Shown here one piece after another: positions 59,879-64,000 of a stretch of DNA of 64,000 nucleotides (position 1 is the stretch's first letter; the number at the start of each line of letters is the position of its first letter). The notes beneath the pieces are model-generated. The model was not told the origin of the DNA. It worked only from the letters and a program-made list of their open reading frames with translations, and did not search any database. The DNA is from an uncultured Nitrososphaerota archaeon (GTDB lineage Archaea; Thermoproteota; Nitrososphaeria; Nitrososphaerales; Gagatemarchaeaceae): NCBI GenBank assembly GCA_963703285.1, contig OY969807.1:1696001-1760000 (forward strand). The letters are read 5' to 3'. The translations under genes and the position numbers were made by a program.

Positions 59879-59978
59879 ACACCACCACTCCTAGAGTCGT
59901 CCGGTCTAGATGACAGATCGGAAGAGCCGTCCGAGTACTACGATGAAGAAATCCGATGCGGATAGACCACGAACGAGC

Positions 59979-60389
59979 TCAGCCGGAGCCCTTCACTCGC
60001 ATTATCTTGTTCTTCCCTAGCACGGTCCAGACCTCCACTTCGGCGCCCGGCACCAACTTCCCCTGAAGCTCTGGCTCCGTCGGGGTCGGGCTCTCCGTCA
60101 CCTCGAAGGTCGCAAGGTCCATCAACTGGACGCTGGTCGGGGTTGTGGAGACTATCTGGGCGGACCTCTTGTCTATCATGGGAACCTCGATGTGCGTGTC
60201 GACCGTGCCGATTATGGTCTTCTTGGAGCCTGTGAAGACGGAGATGGCGGTCAACCTGACCTTGGCGCTACCGTGCTTCCCCGGCTTGCTCTTCTCGACC
60301 TCAACGGTCTTACAGGGCTCGCCGTCGATTATGATGTAGCTCCCTTCCTTCAAACTACCGAGGTCTGCTGGCCTACTCAACCCAGCCAA
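59979..60389 (-). CDS. eif5a: Translation factor aIF5A
   Basis: KSKPGKHGSAK hypusine motif. Confidence 0.97.
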   Translation of the reverse strand: MAGLSRPADLGSLKEGSYIIIDGEPCKTVEVEKSKPGKHGSAKVRLTAISVFTGSKKTIIGTVDTHIEVPMIDKRSAQIVSTTPTSVQLMDLATFEVTESPTPTEPELQGKLVPGAEVEVWTVLGKNKIMRVKGSG

Positions 60390-60491
60390 CGAGTTTTCAT
60401 TTCTCAGTAATTAAGCCTTGAACCTAAGGATCCGTGTCTCCGGGCGACAAATCCTTATCAGAAAGAACCGTCTCCATTTCTCTGACCTGGG

Positions 60492-60992
60492 ATGCAGTCT
60501 GGGGAGAGTTACCTGGGAGGTTTCTCGCATCCGGTAACGGACTACTACATCACCGACAAGAGGATATTCTCCGTCTTGAACCGAACTCGGCTTGCCTTCG
60601 CGTGCGGGTTCTTTGGTGGTACCGGGGTGTGGATAGCGCTAGTTGTTTTGATCGGCCTTGTTCCTTTCGTAAACCTTTATGCTGTGATACTCATCGTATA
60701 CGGCATCGTAACAATGAGTATCATGTACGGAAAGCCGATGCCTCGAGGCGCGGAGCGCAGGCCCTTCGACGAAGTTGTGCAGAGGCACAAGGTCTTCGAA
60801 TTGGGATGGAGCCACGCTAACACGATTAATCTCATTGATTCGACGACGCATTGGTACAAGTATAATCTACCATCCGTCTCGATTAAGGAAGCCACGGGTA
60901 GGGAACGGAAGTTCGTCGTCCTGAAACAGGAATGGCCGTCGGTAAGGCAGGTCGTTGGGAGCGTAACACCGTCGGGCGTGTCACCCCACTAG
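60492..60992 (+). CDS. Membrane hypothetical protein
   Basis: YITDKRI plus two TMs. Confidence 0.55.
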   Translation: MQSGESYLGGFSHPVTDYYITDKRIFSVLNRTRLAFACGFFGGTGVWIALVVLIGLVPFVNLYAVILIVYGIVTMSIMYGKPMPRGAERRPFDEVVQRHKVFELGWSHANTINLIDSTTHWYKYNLPSVSIKEATGRERKFVVLKQEWPSVRQVVGSVTPSGVSPH

Positions 60993-61269
60993 TCGAACTG
61001 ATTGGCGAGCAAACGACGAACTAGGGTATCGGGTGGGGCCTAAATGACGAGCAAGCTTGTCTCTCATCGCGATTCGTGTGCATCACCCTATAGCGTGCAG
61101 AAGATTCCGTCACCGAATCGTATATTATCCGAGGGCGCGAAGGTTTTAGTATCGGTCAATGCCAAACCATGTCCCGCTTCAGCCGTGAAGATGACCACCT
61201 AGAATGATGAGCGCTTCTTGAAGAGCACCTCCGGATTCGAAGACGCAATGTGACAGTGAACCTCAAGTT

Positions 61270-61761
61270 TTGAGCGAAAAGATTCACGTTCTCGACTCGA
61301 CGGCTTTCTTCAGGGGGATTCCCTTCCAGGGAGCAGGAAAGTACTACACAACCTACCACGTCATGGACGAGGTGGGGAGCAGAGGGATTGGCGCCCAGCT
61401 GATCCACTCCAGGGTCCAGGTTACCGAGCCTTCGAAGGAGTCGTTGGAGAAGGTCAGGCGCGTCTCCGCGAAGACGGGGGACCTGAAGTCTCTCTCCGAG
61501 GCCGACGCGTCGATAATAGCCGTGAGCCTGGATCTCGCCTCCGCAGGTCGAGACGTAACCTTGGTCACGGATGACTTCGCAGTAAGGAACGTCGCCGAGG
61601 TGCTCGGGGTCGGCCTCTCGGAGACAAACGTGAGGGGAGAATGGAAGCAGATCACCTGGATCACCTACTGCAAGGGCTGCGGGAAGCAGTACTCTGATCC
61701 GAAGGCGACCGTCTGCGACGTCTGCGGTACGAAGCTCTCGAGAAAGCCCAAGCCGTCCTGA
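61270..61761 (+). CDS. nob1: Nob1 endoribonuclease (PIN + Zn ribbon)
   Basis: VLDSTAF, LSEADAS, TDDFAVRNVA, CKGCG...CDVCG. Confidence 0.92.
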   Translation: MSEKIHVLDSTAFFRGIPFQGAGKYYTTYHVMDEVGSRGIGAQLIHSRVQVTEPSKESLEKVRRVSAKTGDLKSLSEADASIIAVSLDLASAGRDVTLVTDDFAVRNVAEVLGVGLSETNVRGEWKQITWITYCKGCGKQYSDPKATVCDVCGTKLSRKPKPS

Positions 61762-61842
61762 CCTCTCAAGGGTTCTCCCGTCCGTCGCCAACGGCCCGAT
61801 TGCAATTTTAATAGGGCCTGTTCCGGTGGTTGCAATTCGAGT

Positions 61843-61937
61843 GGGCCGGTAGTTCAACCTGGTAGAACGCCCGCCTCGCACGCGGGAGAGAGCAAACGAG
61901 CTCCCCGTTGCCGGGGGTTCAAATCCCCCCCGGTCCA
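61843..61937 (+). tRNA. tRNA-Ala(CGC) with a 21-nt intron at position 45/46 (61889-61909)
   Basis: Acceptor GGGCCGG/CCGGTCC-A, anticodon arm CCCGC-CTCGCAC-GCGGG, T arm GGGGG-TTCAAAT-CCCCC, BHB-like motif. Confidence 0.93.
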
Positions 61938-62024
61938 CTTCGTTTTCGCTCCTAAAGCTTCGGCTTCCGTTTATATCCTGATTGACCGCCAAATCCTCAG
62001 ACCTGCGGTCGGTGGTCTCCGTCT

Positions 62025-62831
62025 TTGATTGATTCGCCCGGGGAAAAGACGCGAGAGAGGGAATGGTACGTTCCCAGATTCGGGCCTCGAAGGTTCAGGC
62101 TGTTTGTCGGGATGACGCTCTACCCCTACACCGCGATGAACGTCAGCTATGCGGTGATTGGCTCGCTGCTCTCTCCCTCTCCTGTAAGCTGGGAAAGGGT
62201 CGGGGCGATTGCAGCTGTGTACCTCATCGCGGTCGGCATCTCTGCGCACGCACTAGACGCCATGGGGCCAAACAAACCGTGGGGGCAGCTCATGTCGAAC
62301 GGGCAGCTCTTGGTCCTCGCTCTCACCTCCTTCGTCGCTGCGGTGGCCATTGGACTCTACGCGATCACTGCAGCACCCTTGCTCTGGCTCGTCGGCCTCC
62401 CCGAGATTTTCTTCCTGTTTGCGTACAACCTGGAGCTCTTCGGCGGCTTCTTTCATTCCAACGGTTGGTTCTGTCTGAGCTGGGGGCTGCTCCCTGTGAT
62501 CGCGGGGTGTGTCATTCAGACGGATACCGCGGGCTTTCTCGCTGTGGTCGCCGGGACCTTTGGCTTCGCCTCCGCATGGGCAGAGATAGTCACTTCGAGG
62601 TCTTACAAGTCCATCAAGCGCGACCCATCTACAGCTCGCGCTCAACTCGCTCAGCGGTACGAGTCCACCCTGAAGGTTATCGTTGGAACCGTGGTCTCAC
62701 CAGCCACTGGCAGACGTTCGACTCTTGGAGTGCCAAGATTGGAGTGCGTCACGCCCGAGCCGACCGCCCTGGACCACACGCTCCTTCATGTGACACCCCG
62801 CAACGCCTTTATCGTCTGCTTCTCTCCTTGA
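62025..62831 (+). CDS. UbiA-like membrane protein
   Basis: AHALD motif, AYNLELFGG.FH, multiple TMs. Confidence 0.65.
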   Translation: MIDSPGEKTREREWYVPRFGPRRFRLFVGMTLYPYTAMNVSYAVIGSLLSPSPVSWERVGAIAAVYLIAVGISAHALDAMGPNKPWGQLMSNGQLLVLALTSFVAAVAIGLYAITAAPLLWLVGLPEIFFLFAYNLELFGGFFHSNGWFCLSWGLLPVIAGCVIQTDTAGFLAVVAGTFGFASAWAEIVTSRSYKSIKRDPSTARAQLAQRYESTLKVIVGTVVSPATGRRSTLGVPRLECVTPEPTALDHTLLHVTPRNAFIVCFSP

Positions 62832-62853
62832 GAAAGAGCGAGTCGAAAGCGCT

Positions 62854-64000
62854 TTGACTCTTGGTGGACTCGAAGAAAAGTTCGAAGGTTTGATTGCAGA
62901 TTCGATGTTGCGGGACCATGTGCCCGGGCTGAGCCTGGCAGTGGTCAAGGATGGGAAGGTTGTCTACGCCAGAGGCTTCGGAGCCAGAAACCTGAAGGCC
63001 AGCCTTCCGGCAACTCCAGAAACTCTGTACGGAATAGGTTCCTGTACAAAATCGTTCACGGCATTGGCCGTGATGCAGCTTCAGGAACAAGGAAAGCTGA
63101 ACGTAAACGACCCCGTCAGGAGGTACTTGCCCGAATTCAAAGTCGGTAGAGAGGAGAGTCCGATCACGATACACCATCTCTTGAGCCATTCCTCTGGCAT
63201 TCCTGACCTTGGTTCTGCAGATGTTGAAGTCAACAGGTTTCTCGAGGGCGATGAGAAGTGGGTGCCTCTTACCAGTTTTGATGACATGATGACTTTCGTC
63301 AACGGTGGGAAAGACATGGTGGCCGCTGAGCCCGGAAGCAAGTTCTTCTATCTGAATGAAGGCTATGCGCTACTTGGCAGGATAGTCGAGAAAATTGGCG
63401 GCATGCGCTATGAAGACTACGTCAGAGAGAGGATCCTGAAGCCTCTGAGGATGAGGAGGTCCGGCTTTCCTAGCAAAGACCTGGAGAAGGACTCCGACAT
63501 CGCGACGTCATACCTTGTGCAGAGAAAAGCGAACGCGTTTGTGGGCACTCCGTCGGCTTCTCCTCTTGGCAGCGTGGCCTATCCCGCAGGTGGCCTGGTG
63601 AGTTCCGTCGTGGAATTGGCGCACTACCTGACTGCCTACACGAGTGATGGAGTCTTCGAAGGCACAAGGATTCTGAGTTCTTCATCGCTGAAGGAGATGT
63701 GCAAGCCTCATATCGATACGGGATACTCGACATTTTTTGGAAAGAGATGGTATGGTTATGGGTGGCGTATAGACGACAACCTCTTCGGGCATGAATGCAT
63801 TGGTCACAGCGGCTCCGTCGTGGCTTCAGGCGCCGATTTGCGTTTCGTGCCAGACATGAACATCGGTGTTGCAGTCGCAAGCAACAATGGAATGGCAGAT
63901 TCGGTGTACATGATTGCCCCCGTTGTGTTGGCTCTGCTCATGGGCAAGGACCCTACGAAAGAGATTCCAACCTTTGAGATTGAGAGAAAGATGAGTATGC
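62854..64000 (+). CDS. Serine hydrolase (beta-lactamase/AmpC-like family), runs off the window
   Basis: Manual translation: VPGLSLAVV, IGSCTKSFT (SxxK), LLSHSSG, FYLNEGY, GHSG. Confidence 0.9.
   Translation, partial: MTLGGLEEKFEGLIADSMLRDHVPGLSLAVVKDGKVVYARGFGARNLKASLPATPETLYGIGSCTKSFTALAVMQLQEQGKLNVNDPVRRYLPEFKVGREESPITIHHLLSHSSGIPDLGSADVEVNRFLEGDEKWVPLTSFDDMMTFVNGGKDMVAAEPGSKFFYLNEGYALLGRIVEKIGGMRYEDYVRERILKPLRMRRSGFPSKDLEKDSDIATSYLVQRKANAFVGTPSASPLGSVAYPAGGLVSSVVELAHYLTAYTSDGVFEGTRILSSSSLKEMCKPHIDTGYSTFFGKRWYGYGWRIDDNLFGHECIGHSGSVVASGADLRFVPDMNIGVAVASNNGMADSVYMIAPVVLALLMGKDPTKEIPTFEIERKMSM

Overview
High-GC archaeal chromosome segment. The gene content and order (Nop10-aIF2a-S27e-L44e / PCNA / PriS-GINS-TFS-Rpo11-Csl4-Dph2; KsgA-DUF655-Rpo4-L21e-Pus10-SRP54; thermopsin; a tRNA with a non-canonical intron) fit a Nitrososphaerota-like (TACK) archaeon; this assignment is inference. 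Core blocks (~1-6.6 kb, 10-14 kb, rpl10e at 24.2-24.8 kb, 52-62 kb) alternate with accessory islands rich in secreted/membrane proteins and regulators. The main find is two copies of a composite element (6572-8720 and 24849-26890). Each has a free-standing gene with tandem LAGLIDADG domains, preceded by a ~270-nt non-coding block that is ~90% identical between copies (hand count), although the proteins are otherwise very divergent. The block holds a GTTGCCATGGCAAC palindrome, TGGCAAC repeats phased at 11 bp, and a ~163-nt multi-stem structure whose G-U pairs suggest it folds on the + strand, opposite to the nuclease gene. A second find is that the accessory island downstream of rpl10e carries several decayed copies of the rpl10e 3' region plus a repeated promoter-like motif, suggesting serial gene accretion at this locus. 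All calls are by eye; no database search was run.
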